A stretch of DNA of 64,000 nucleotides, taken from a bacterium. GTDB taxonomy: Bacteria > Patescibacteriota > Minisyncoccia > Phycocordibacterales > JBBTRF01. The stretch spans positions 98,092-162,091 of the forward strand of contig JBAXTI010000001.1 in the NCBI GenBank assembly GCA_037130265.1, read 5' to 3'. A model generated the notes under the pieces. It saw only the letters and a program-made list of their open reading frames with translations, was not told the origin of the DNA and made no database searches. This document shows positions 17,378-26,871 of the stretch, piece after piece; the stretch's first letter is position 1; every line of letters starts with the position of its first letter. A program made the translations under genes and the position numbers.

Positions 17378-18886
17378 TTGCCCGTTTGCCGATTGGCAAT
17401 CCTCTCACGTAGTCCAACAACACAACGGGGATATTCCCCAGAAAGGTTCCTTGTGAACTCGCAGCAAAATAACGGTAGTGGTAACGGCACGGTCACGCAG
17501 GCGGTCGGCACTCAAGTGGTGCAGCCGTATGCTGTTCGGTATATTCTACTCCACATGCTTCCGCACATGGACGAGTGGGCGGCCCTCTGGATCGTCCAAA
17601 AATTCGGTGCGAAGGCTTTGCCGGGCGCCGAAAAAGCCCAAGTGCGCTTCGTCGAGCGGGTTCCGCAGATGAAGGTGGAAAACATCGAAGCGAATGGCTT
17701 CCTTTGTCTTGGCCTCGGCCTGGGTGACGGACGCTGGAGCATCGATGAGCACTGTGTAAATGTGCGGGGGAGCGATCGGCTGCCTAATGAGTGCACTGCG
17801 ACGCTCGCCGCCAAGCGGGTCGGCGAACACGCAGATCTCGCCCTCAAGCGCATACTCGACGAAGTGCTCTGGTGTGACACCCAAAGTGGTGTCCGCTACA
17901 CGCATCTCGCCGAGCTAGTGAAGCTCCTACATCGCTTCCTCAAGGGTAATTCCGCCGAGGTTATGAAATGGTTGTTTCCTGCGCTCGAGGCCATCTACAT
18001 GCAACAGGTCCTCGCCATCGCCGCTCAGACGGATGAGCCGAGCCTGTCGGACTTCTTCACTGACTATGCCAAGAAGGCGGAGGTCACGAATGAGAAGCTT
18101 ATCCAGTCGATCGAGAAGAAGATTGCGGACAGCGTCGAGAACATCGACCGCTCGGTGACAGAGTTGGCCTACGTGGTCCGCTCAATGTATCGCCAAGGTG
18201 TCTCCAAGGAAACGATCTACACGTTCTGCTCCAAGGTCTTCGAGGCCTGGGAGTTCGACCAGGTCGAATTCGATGAGGCGCTTGTTGTGGTGGATGCGTC
18301 GCCTACCTTTGCTGTCACGGTGAAGGGGAGCGAGGAATTCGAGCTCAAAGCGACGGTGGTGAGGGGCGACTCTCTCCATCTCCTGAGGGCAGCGAACTTC
18401 CGCGGCAATCGGTTGGTTGTTATCCAAAACAGCCGGGGCCAGGTGCAGATCTTCGTGAACACCAAGACGCCTGACTTCGTCACCCTCGACACGCTCGTCG
18501 GTATGGTGCGGTTGCTGGAAACAGCGCCCGCAAAGCGCAAGGTGCTCAACTGGCAGGCGATCCGGAAGACAGCAGGAGAGTTTGTTGTGCCGCAGTGGTA
18601 TTACTTCCGAGACGCTCGGCAGCTCTTCAATGGCTCCTCGACCCACCCTGCGGTGACGCCGACGGAAATCCATCTGCCCGCGATCGTGGACGCCTTGAAG
18701 CATGCCTTCCATCCTCGGCTCATTGCCAAGTGGATGCATCGCATCGGTGATCCGCTCAACCTGTTCGGTCGGAAGCCCGAGTCGGATTCGGCTGTGAAGT
18801 CGGCCGCAAGGCTGGTTGCCCAGGTGGTGCAGAGCGACCTCGGGCCTGCCCTCGATGGTGCGCCGCCGGCTGACACCGCGGCCTAG
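17378..18886 (+). CDS. Hypothetical protein, GC-rich (ORF from TTG 17378; more likely start ATG 17555, about 443 aa)
   Basis: Long ORF with protein-like hydrophobic periodicity; GC and codon usage (CGC/CGG/GCG/CCG) differ from neighbours; motifs HMDEW, GLGLGDGRWSIDEH; no family recognised. Confidence 0.6.
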   Translation: MPVCRLAILSRSPTTQRGYSPERFLVNSQQNNGSGNGTVTQAVGTQVVQPYAVRYILLHMLPHMDEWAALWIVQKFGAKALPGAEKAQVRFVERVPQMKVENIEANGFLCLGLGLGDGRWSIDEHCVNVRGSDRLPNECTATLAAKRVGEHADLALKRILDEVLWCDTQSGVRYTHLAELVKLLHRFLKGNSAEVMKWLFPALEAIYMQQVLAIAAQTDEPSLSDFFTDYAKKAEVTNEKLIQSIEKKIADSVENIDRSVTELAYVVRSMYRQGVSKETIYTFCSKVFEAWEFDQVEFDEALVVVDASPTFAVTVKGSEEFELKATVVRGDSLHLLRAANFRGNRLVVIQNSRGQVQIFVNTKTPDFVTLDTLVGMVRLLETAPAKRKVLNWQAIRKTAGEFVVPQWYYFRDARQLFNGSSTHPAVTPTEIHLPAIVDALKHAFHPRLIAKWMHRIGDPLNLFGRKPESDSAVKSAARLVAQVVQSDLGPALDGAPPADTAA

Positions 18887-18944
18887 TCGCCAGTCTGCTT
18901 GTTGAAAATTCGGTAGAGCGTTTCGTACGCTCACACACACGAAG

Positions 18945-18973
18945 CCCAGGTTCAACACCTGGGTTTTCTTTTT
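18945..18973 (+). terminator. Rho-independent terminator
   Basis: cccagg-ttcaaca-cctggg plus ttttcttttt. Confidence 0.7.
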
Positions 18974-19014
18974 GCATTTTCTAAAGCGTATTTTGTTGCT
19001 ACAATAGAAGTACT

Positions 19015-21306
19015 ATGGCAGAACGTCCTAAGGCCCCAGAATCATTGACGACGAAATTTAACGCGGTAAACAACTCAGAACAGCTCTGCGCTGCTTTAGA
19101 CGCGATTCCAGCCACGACAACTTTTTTGATCACCGACGTGCCACGTGGTCAGGATATTGCACCAGGTGACAAGGGGGCGGTTATTAAATTGGTACAGCAA
19201 CTTTTTGAATTTGCCGATGCCTCCACGATGCGTACCGATTCGGATATTACTGGCCGAACTTCTTTCCTCGAACAGTTAATTAAGGAAAGCGTCATCGAAG
19301 ATGGTGAAGAAGCACTCAGTCTCATAAAAGCAATTCAACGAGCGATGCTTAGTGAATTTCCGGAGTATGGAGATGGAGCAGTGTCTGGACAGCCAACTTC
19401 TCCGACCCCAGGCGTACCGCAGCCGACTCCAGGCGAAGTCCTGGTTTTGCCAGCGGCATTTGAATTCAATGATGTGGCAAGGGACGCTCTGGGGGCTTTG
19501 GGTTGGCCAGTAGAAATGATTGATCGATTGACTCCTGAAAAAGCCGAGAAGATATTGAAAGAACAAAAGCCTTATGTTGTTTTGAAAAAGGTGCCGGCAG
19601 CTCCTAAGGTGGCGCCGACTGTTCCACCCCAACCCACTCCAAAAGCACGTCCCTCGGCTCAAAAACCAGCCGCACCTAGTGCGCCAGCCGTTCTACTGAC
19701 ACCGAAAGGTCAGGCAGCTGCTGATCTTTCGAGACTTTTGCCTAAAAAGCCAGAAGTTGTTGTTGCGGCTGCGGCTACATCTGCGACAGGCGCGCCTGCG
19801 GCCCCTGGCATTGAAACTATTGCGACCGTCTTTGACAGCCCGGAATTTCGCGCGTTCATCGCGAAAACACCGAATGCTCAGGAACTTATGTTGAGGCAGG
19901 ACATGGCCGAGATCGGTTTGTATAAAAAAGCTTTTGAAATAAAAGACAAGTTGGCCACTGACCTGTATGTGCTTGCCAACGGCGCAATCAAGGGCGACTT
20001 CCTTCTTGATTTTGAGAACTCCGCTTCGAATCTGCCAAAAAACGGCAAAGCGGAATTTCAGAAGTATGTAGATGCTGAGGCGCTCGAGCGACCAGAACAG
20101 CTGTTGAATCTCGCCACTCAGCTCGAGACACGACAGGTTTTAGAGAAAAATATCGGTACTGCAAAGGCTGAGTTTGAGCGTCTTGGTGGGAAAGATCTCT
20201 TTGATAAGGCAGAACGTGAGGCTGCTGAAATGAAGCAGCACCTTGAGCGCGCTCACGAGAGCACTCGCCGCGACTCGTTGGTGGGATATGTGCCACACGG
20301 TCTGCATCTCGCTTACCTGAGGTTGTCACATTGGGTGTATGAGCGGTGGGCCGGATGGGAGGGGCAGACCGAAGCTACAGTGAAAGCGGATTTTGAACAG
20401 CAGCGAAAGGATTTCTTGATTAAACACCCGGAAGCCACGCTCACGCCATCAGAAAGATCTGATCTAAACAAGATTACTCAGAATGAAATCGTGAAGCTTG
20501 CTGGCCTCAAAGAGCATCAAAAATTAGGGGAGAGAATGGTGGAGGTTTCGGAGTGGGGTGTATCCCGTGAGAAATTGAAGGGGGGCAGCGTTAAGCTCGG
20601 TCTCGGCAGTCTCACTAGCTATAGTCCGTCGTGGTGGACTGCACATCCTGATATTGCCCGTGAGTTAGACGCGGTGAACGGTCGGCTTGCTGATATTCGT
20701 CAGAGGAAGCAGACGATCGAGCAGGCAGAAAAAAATCTTGCGGACATCACTGCAAGCTTTGAGACGATCCGCACTTCGGTATATGCTGAATTGCCACCGA
20801 CTATTGCATTGGTTCGATATGCCCAGGTCCAGATCAAAAATACCCTCACTTCCTTTACGGCGGATACGGCAGTGGAGGATCTGCAGAGAATTTACGATTA
20901 CGCCATCTTCCTCGGCGAGAATCAGCGTCAGAGCTCTGATGTTGGAAAAAATACAGGCAAGAGTGCTTTTGCTCTAATGAATACCGCTGAGGTCCGTGTT
21001 GCTGAGAACAAAATCCATGAAGCCATCGTCGCCCAATGGGGGAGGCAGGTACTCGACGTTTTTGCAAAGACTAATTTGAATAAGAAGGGTGCAGGTGCCG
21101 AAATGGAAAAGACGATCAAGGCACTATTGAAGAAGGAGGCGATCGGACAGTACAGAAATGAGGACGAAAAGATCGCTGTCGTGAAAGCTCTTCTTGTTGA
21201 GGCTTTCAAAAAAATCGATCCGGCTAAGGGCGATGGTCAGGAGCGGCGTTTGGTACTCATGGGTGTGATGATTAATTGCGGTCTGTTGAAGCCAGGTGAA
21301 AAATAA
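19015..21306 (+). CDS. Hypothetical 763-aa protein with Pro/Ala-rich linkers and a long predicted helical/coiled region
   Basis: Extended -10 (TGcTACAAT) upstream; linkers PTSPTPGVPQPTPGE and APKVAPTVPPQPTPKARPSAQKPAAPSAPA; no NTPase or other known motifs. Confidence 0.65.
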   Translation: MAERPKAPESLTTKFNAVNNSEQLCAALDAIPATTTFLITDVPRGQDIAPGDKGAVIKLVQQLFEFADASTMRTDSDITGRTSFLEQLIKESVIEDGEEALSLIKAIQRAMLSEFPEYGDGAVSGQPTSPTPGVPQPTPGEVLVLPAAFEFNDVARDALGALGWPVEMIDRLTPEKAEKILKEQKPYVVLKKVPAAPKVAPTVPPQPTPKARPSAQKPAAPSAPAVLLTPKGQAAADLSRLLPKKPEVVVAAAATSATGAPAAPGIETIATVFDSPEFRAFIAKTPNAQELMLRQDMAEIGLYKKAFEIKDKLATDLYVLANGAIKGDFLLDFENSASNLPKNGKAEFQKYVDAEALERPEQLLNLATQLETRQVLEKNIGTAKAEFERLGGKDLFDKAEREAAEMKQHLERAHESTRRDSLVGYVPHGLHLAYLRLSHWVYERWAGWEGQTEATVKADFEQQRKDFLIKHPEATLTPSERSDLNKITQNEIVKLAGLKEHQKLGERMVEVSEWGVSREKLKGGSVKLGLGSLTSYSPSWWTAHPDIARELDAVNGRLADIRQRKQTIEQAEKNLADITASFETIRTSVYAELPPTIALVRYAQVQIKNTLTSFTADTAVEDLQRIYDYAIFLGENQRQSSDVGKNTGKSAFALMNTAEVRVAENKIHEAIVAQWGRQVLDVFAKTNLNKKGAGAEMEKTIKALLKKEAIGQYRNEDEKIAVVKALLVEAFKKIDPAKGDGQERRLVLMGVMINCGLLKPGEK

Positions 21307-21315
21307 CCACATAAT

Positions 21316-21684
21316 ATGGCACCAAGAAAGAACAATTCAAGCGTCCCGTCAAAGGTTTTTGCGAAGCGTTCCGCTGGTACGGGTCGTGTTGGTGTTGCGA
21401 AAAAAGCCGACTTTTCGAAGCTTTCCGAACTCGTCGAAAAGCGCGACATGGTTGGGGCGCAGGCACTCATCGATGATTTGATGAAAAAGAAGCTCACCGA
21501 GGCTGAAAAGGCGCGGATTCATATGGATATGCTCTCGACCTATCTCGAAGTGTCGAACGAGCTCAACAAGCACTATCTCGCGGAGCTTGAGGATGTGGTG
21601 GCTTTCATGAAAGAGTTGAAAAAGGAGGAAAAGGTGGTCTCTGAGGAGCTTGCTTTGGCAAAGGTGCGTGCGAAGCTTGGCTAG
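21316..21684 (+). CDS. Hypothetical 122-aa alpha-helical protein
   Basis: 10 nt after the previous stop; charged helical composition; no homology recognised. Confidence 0.5.
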   Translation: MAPRKNNSSVPSKVFAKRSAGTGRVGVAKKADFSKLSELVEKRDMVGAQALIDDLMKKKLTEAEKARIHMDMLSTYLEVSNELNKHYLAELEDVVAFMKELKKEEKVVSEELALAKVRAKLG

Positions 21685-21745
21685 AAATGTGGTTGGTGTT
21701 TGCTGAGCGGTTGGTGGCAGGTGAGGCTCGGTATATAATACAGAC

Positions 21746-24502
21746 ATGAATCCCGGTCCTGAAGCGTTGCACACCCCTGAGCAAGAGCTCGCTTTTTTGC
21801 GTGAGCAGGTGTCGCAGAAGGAGCGCGAGCTTCGCGAGCGCGGGGAGGCGCAGCCCCTGCAAGAGCGGGTGATGAAGGAAAAGCTTGTCGAATACCAGGG
21901 GCTTCCGACTGAAAAGGTGCTCGCCCCAGATCATCGTCTCACTCCGGCAGCGTCTGAGGCGATCGTGCTGAATATTGCTCCCGAAGCACATGACGAAAAG
22001 ATGGCGGAGCTCCTCGCTGTCCTTCAAAAGCATGGTTTGAAAAACGCCCTCGATGTCGTTGAAAAGTTGAAAAATCCGCACCTCGAGGACGATTTTCATC
22101 GCTTTGTAATCCAATACATCAAGGCCGGCCATCGCGTTGATCAAATGAATCCAAAAGAAGCGATTTCCAAGGCGTTGAAAATGACATTGTACGAGATCGC
22201 ACTTCCAGAGCGTGACGGTGAAGCGCCAGAAAAGTCGCTCAAGGAGCTCGTGTCTTCGATGGAGCAGTTTTACTCCGGTATGTCTTCCGTCGCCGATGAT
22301 GACGACACTTCTGCGCACTACTTCACTATTGAGCTTGCTGTTTCCAATTATAGTGACGAATTCGTATTTTATATGGCGGTGCCGGATACGAAGCGAGATT
22401 TGTTTGAGAAGCAGATTTTGGGTATTTTTCATAACGCACGCATCACTGAAAAGAATGACGACTACAACATCTTCTCTGAGAAGGGGGTCGTGGCTGGCTC
22501 GGCGATAGGGTTGGACAAGAAGCCAGCACTGCCGATAAAAATGTATGACCAGTTTGATCACGATCCACTCAATGTTATTCTGAACACATTTTCAAAGATC
22601 AAGCGCGACGGCGAGGGCGCGGCACTTCAGATAGTGTGCATGCCGGTAAAAGACGACTTTTATTTGAAGCGATATCGACGAGCCATCGAACGTATCGAGA
22701 AGGGAGTGAAGACAAAAGACGCGATCGACTTTCCTGACACTTTTTTCGACCACTTTAGCCACATTTTCAAGGGTTCAACTGCGCCAAAAAAGCCAAAGGA
22801 AGGCGAAAAATCAGACATCCGTGTGGATGATGCGGCGATTGAGGAGATCAAGCGAAAGCTCGAAAGTCCGACCATGCTCACCAATGTCCGTCTGATGGTG
22901 TCAGCTGATACCGACACCGCGGCAGAGCGTATTTTGAGCGACATGGAGTCGGCGTTCAATCAATTCCAAAACACACAAGGTAATCGCTTCACTTTCGAGC
23001 GCATGAAGAAGGGTAGATTGCAGAAATTTGTCGATGCGTTCGCGTATCGTCTGTATGACGAGGATACGAAATTGGCATTGAGTCTTCGTGAGCTCACTAC
23101 GGTGATGCATTTACCGGCGACCGTCTTGAAATCGGCGCCGCAACTAAAGATTTCTAAGGCAGGTACCGCACCTGCGCCGCTTGATTTGCCGAAGGGAGGT
23201 ATCTTGCTGGGCGTGAATGAATTCCGCAACATGAAGACGGATATCCACATGACTCCGGAAGACCGCCTTCGCCACTTCTATGTTATTGGTCAGACTGGTA
23301 CTGGTAAGACGAGTTTGTTGAAGAATATGATCGTGCAGGATATCAAAAATGGCGACGGTGTCTGCTTCATCGATCCGCATGGCAGCGATATTCAGGATAT
23401 TCTCGCGAAGATTCCGAAGGAGCGCTACGAAGACGTTATCTATTTCGATCCGGCATACACCGAGCGACCGATGGGTTTGAACATGCTCCAGTACGATCCT
23501 CGCTTCCCAGAGCAGAAGACCTTTGTGGTCAATGAAATGCTCTCTATCTTCAACAAGCTCTTCGATATGAAGACGGCGGGTGGTCCGATGTTTGAGCAGT
23601 ATTTTCGTAATGCCGTGCTTTTGACTATCGACGATCCGTCTTCTGGCGGGACGTTGCTCGATGTGTCACGTGTGTTGTCGTCGAAGATTTTCCGCGAGCA
23701 AAAATTGCTGAAATGTACCAATCCAGTAGTGACCCAATTCTGGAGAGAGGTGGCGGAGAAGGCGGGTGGGGAGTCGTCTTTGGCAAATATCGTGCCGTAT
23801 GTGGTGAGCAAGTTTGATACATTTTTGAGTAACGACATCATGCGGCCGGTGATCGCACAGGAGAAGTCGACCTTCAATTTCCGTGAGATCATGGATACCA
23901 AGAAGATTTTGTTGGTGAATTTGTCGAAGGGTCGCTTGGGCGATATCAATGCCAATTTGATCGGCCTTATTTTGGTGGGCAAGATTTTGATGGCCGCTTT
24001 GTCACGCGCGGATTCGCTCAATGGGCAGGCAGGAGCGCCGCAGATGCCGCCATTCTATCTGTATATTGATGAGTTCCAGAATGTGACCACCGATTCGATC
24101 TCGGTTATCCTGTCTGAGGCACGAAAGTACAAGCTCAGTTTGAATATTGCACACCAATTCATCGCGCAGCTCCAAGAGGGGATTAAAAATTCTGTGTTTG
24201 GCAACGTCGGATCGATCGCGGCGTTCCGCGTTGGCGCTGAAGATGCGGAGTATTTGGAGAAGCAGTTTGCGCCGGTATTTACGGCCAAGGACAGCATGAA
24301 TGTCGACAATTATCAGGCATACGTGAAGCTGTTGGCTGGTGGCCGGCCGGTGAAGCCGTTCAGCATGCAACTCGTCGCACCGCAACCCGGCCGGCCGGAT
24401 CAGATAGAAAACCTCAAGCAGCTTTCGTACATGAAATTCGGCCGCAATAAGGCCGATGTCGAAGCCGAGATTTTATTAAAGTATCAGAAAAAGAACGCAT
24501 AA
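21746..24502 (+). CDS. P-loop ATPase of the HerA/FtsK-VirB4/VirD4 (DUF87-type) superfamily with an about 480-aa acidic N-terminal extension and no TM segments
   Basis: Walker A GQTGTGKT, FIDPHG motif, Walker B FYLYIDEFQNV, SLNIAHQ motif. Confidence 0.75.
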   Translation: MNPGPEALHTPEQELAFLREQVSQKERELRERGEAQPLQERVMKEKLVEYQGLPTEKVLAPDHRLTPAASEAIVLNIAPEAHDEKMAELLAVLQKHGLKNALDVVEKLKNPHLEDDFHRFVIQYIKAGHRVDQMNPKEAISKALKMTLYEIALPERDGEAPEKSLKELVSSMEQFYSGMSSVADDDDTSAHYFTIELAVSNYSDEFVFYMAVPDTKRDLFEKQILGIFHNARITEKNDDYNIFSEKGVVAGSAIGLDKKPALPIKMYDQFDHDPLNVILNTFSKIKRDGEGAALQIVCMPVKDDFYLKRYRRAIERIEKGVKTKDAIDFPDTFFDHFSHIFKGSTAPKKPKEGEKSDIRVDDAAIEEIKRKLESPTMLTNVRLMVSADTDTAAERILSDMESAFNQFQNTQGNRFTFERMKKGRLQKFVDAFAYRLYDEDTKLALSLRELTTVMHLPATVLKSAPQLKISKAGTAPAPLDLPKGGILLGVNEFRNMKTDIHMTPEDRLRHFYVIGQTGTGKTSLLKNMIVQDIKNGDGVCFIDPHGSDIQDILAKIPKERYEDVIYFDPAYTERPMGLNMLQYDPRFPEQKTFVVNEMLSIFNKLFDMKTAGGPMFEQYFRNAVLLTIDDPSSGGTLLDVSRVLSSKIFREQKLLKCTNPVVTQFWREVAEKAGGESSLANIVPYVVSKFDTFLSNDIMRPVIAQEKSTFNFREIMDTKKILLVNLSKGRLGDINANLIGLILVGKILMAALSRADSLNGQAGAPQMPPFYLYIDEFQNVTTDSISVILSEARKYKLSLNIAHQFIAQLQEGIKNSVFGNVGSIAAFRVGAEDAEYLEKQFAPVFTAKDSMNVDNYQAYVKLLAGGRPVKPFSMQLVAPQPGRPDQIENLKQLSYMKFGRNKADVEAEILLKYQKKNA

Positions 24503-24538
24503 ATAGAGACCGTAAGATTATTCAGAAATATCCTACCC

Positions 24539-25162
24539 ATGCCACACACCAACATTCAAAAATACAAATACGAACGCACTTTGGTGGTTATCAAGCCTGA
24601 CGGCATCCAACGCGCTCTCATCGGTGAAATCATCCAGCGATATGAACGCACTGGATTGAAAATGACTGGCCTCAAGATGCTCGTCCCAAAGCCGGATTTT
24701 ATCGAGAAACACTACACGCTCGACCCAGAGTGGCGTCGTCTGACGGGGGAGAAGAATATCAAGGGGTACGAGGCGAAGGGGTTGGTCCATCCGCACAAGG
24801 ATGACCCTCTCAAGGTGACTGAGATCATTCTCCAGAAGCTCAAGAAATACCTATCGAGCGGGCCGGTCATCGCGATGGTGTGGCAGGGTGCGCATGCCGT
24901 GCAGATCGTGCGCAAGCTCACTGGTAGCACTGAACCATTGATGTCTGATGTCGGTACGATTCGCGGCGACTTCGTGTTGGATTCGTACAAGATCTCAGAC
25001 GATGACACACGGGCCGTGCGCAACCTCGTCCATTCGTCTGGATCGGTGAAAGAGGCAGAAGACGAAATTGCTCATTGGTTCTCGCAGGACGAAATTATCA
25101 CCTACAAAACGGTGCAGGAACGCATTCTTTACGACGTGAATCTTGACGGCATCCTCGACTAG
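24539..25162 (+). CDS. ndk: Nucleoside diphosphate kinase (with insertions)
   Basis: ERTLVVIKPDG, active-site region NLVHSSGS. Confidence 0.85.
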   Translation: MPHTNIQKYKYERTLVVIKPDGIQRALIGEIIQRYERTGLKMTGLKMLVPKPDFIEKHYTLDPEWRRLTGEKNIKGYEAKGLVHPHKDDPLKVTEIILQKLKKYLSSGPVIAMVWQGAHAVQIVRKLTGSTEPLMSDVGTIRGDFVLDSYKISDDDTRAVRNLVHSSGSVKEAEDEIAHWFSQDEIITYKTVQERILYDVNLDGILD

Positions 25163-25482
25163 TTTCCGATTGTTGTTTCGCGCACTGGAACTGCTTGCAT
25201 CGCCAAAAGGGAGGCATATAATTGCAGTAGGGTTATTTCCAGTATTAACTCTATAACACATATTAAGGGAGATTTAATTGTTCGGATCTCGATGAGCGCT
25301 TCGGTGTTCTGACAGAACCGACTGCGATCACCCACCTGGCTTAGGCTGGGTAAATACTGACTAATAACCCTATGAAGAACCCGTCCTTGGCACGAAGCCG
25401 AGCGACGGATTTTTCATATCCAAAAATCAAACATGATGGCATCAAATTGGCATTGCCGAGCCGATTGGGATAGGATAGCGGG

Positions 25483-26136
25483 GTGAAACAACAGGCCCAA
25501 AATGACCCAAAAACCGCTGAAATCAGAGCATCTTTTTGGGCACTTCTGCCACTGGCCATGGGCCTCGTTTTGTTCGTGGTGAACCCATTTTCGCCCTTAG
25601 AAGCCCCGGAAATCAATGTCGATAATGTTTCAGCACTTGGCACCCAAAACCCCGGTACGTTGCCTGTAGACTACTCAGGCATGCCCCTACAGCTCCGGAT
25701 CCAGAGGATCGGCGTGGATGCACCATTTGAGCCGGTCGGCGTGTTGGCAGACGGCAGTATGGGGGTGCCAAAACAGCCTGAGCGAGTGGGGTGGTATGCC
25801 TTCGGTCCAAGACCAGGCGAGCGTGGCAGTGCTGTGGTGGCTGGGCATCGTGGGTGGAAAAATGGCATGGCGGTGTTCGACCGACTGAGCGAGCTCCGCG
25901 CCGGCGATACTATTTTGGTGGCTGATGCGGAAAATGTTTGGCATACGTTTATCGTGCGCGGGAGCAAGGTGTTTGATCCGACACAGGATACTGAAGAGGT
26001 GTTTAGGCGCGCTGGCGTGAGTGGACGAAGTGGAAAAAACGGCGTCTTTCTCAACCTCATCACTTGCGAAGGCGAATGGGATCGCTCAGCCGGACAATTC
26101 ACCAAGCGCCTCGTGGTGTTTGCGGAGGGGATTTAG
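25483..26136 (+). CDS. Sortase family transpeptidase
   Basis: N-terminal TM helix; catalytic His VVAGHRGW, Cys motif LNLITCEGEW (TLxTC), Arg near the C-terminus. Confidence 0.8.
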   Translation: MKQQAQNDPKTAEIRASFWALLPLAMGLVLFVVNPFSPLEAPEINVDNVSALGTQNPGTLPVDYSGMPLQLRIQRIGVDAPFEPVGVLADGSMGVPKQPERVGWYAFGPRPGERGSAVVAGHRGWKNGMAVFDRLSELRAGDTILVADAENVWHTFIVRGSKVFDPTQDTEEVFRRAGVSGRSGKNGVFLNLITCEGEWDRSAGQFTKRLVVFAEGI

Positions 26137-26240
26137 CGCCGCAGACATCATTTCGATTTTATTGAAACTTCATCATTTCTTCATCATTTCTTTATCGGTT
26201 CTTAGCAGTTTCTCTATTGTCATTTTGCTAGACTTTCTGA

Positions 26241-26732
26241 GTGGCTTATCAGAAGGAAAATAACTACGCGTTTATTGATACCCAGAATCTTATTTGTGGA
26301 GTGGAGAGGCTTGGTTGGATGGTGGACTTCGAAAAACTACATCGATACCTTTCTGATAAGTATCGAGTGACGAAGGCCTTCCTTTTTGTCGGATATTTGG
26401 ATAATTTTAAAGACACTTACGCTTTCCTACAAAAAATCGGATACACTTTATGTTTTAAGCCGGTTTCCGGTGGCGATGGTGGTGGTCTGAAGGCTAATAT
26501 CGATGCCGATTTGGTCCTAAAAGCTGTGCTGGAAAAAGACAATTACACAAAGGCCGTGATTATAAGTGGTGACGGAGACTTCTATTCCTTGGTCGAACAT
26601 CTTCGCAAAGAGAGCAAGCTTAAAATGATACTCTGCCCAGATTCCAAAAGATGTTCTATTCTGTTGCGGCGCTCTGCAGGAGGGTTGTTGGAGGGTCTGG
26701 AGAGGGAGAGCCGTGAAATAGGGAGGTTTTAA
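26241..26732 (+). CDS. NYN/LabA-like PIN-domain protein (putative RNase)
   Basis: AFIDTQNL ... IISGDGDF motifs characteristic of NYN domains; GTG start. Confidence 0.7.
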   Translation: MAYQKENNYAFIDTQNLICGVERLGWMVDFEKLHRYLSDKYRVTKAFLFVGYLDNFKDTYAFLQKIGYTLCFKPVSGGDGGGLKANIDADLVLKAVLEKDNYTKAVIISGDGDFYSLVEHLRKESKLKMILCPDSKRCSILLRRSAGGLLEGLERESREIGRF

Positions 26733-26871
26733 AATGAAAAAGCACCGCGTGGACACGCAGTACTCACGAAATGCTTTTTCGTCGTAACGAACAAGATAAT
26801 AATAGCAACCTCCGTTTTTAAAGTCAAACGTCCGCCACATTCGTGAGTAAAACTTTGCTATACTTATCTCT

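Noticed and set aside
18182-18958. 258-aa minus-strand ORF antisense to the GC-rich cassette gene
   Set aside because: Arg/His-rich junk composition typical of antisense frames in GC-rich DNA; promoter and terminators are oriented for the plus strand.
21605-22561. 318-aa minus-strand ORF
   Set aside because: Antisense to the 122-aa gene and the ATPase gene; the ATPase motifs on the plus strand are decisive.
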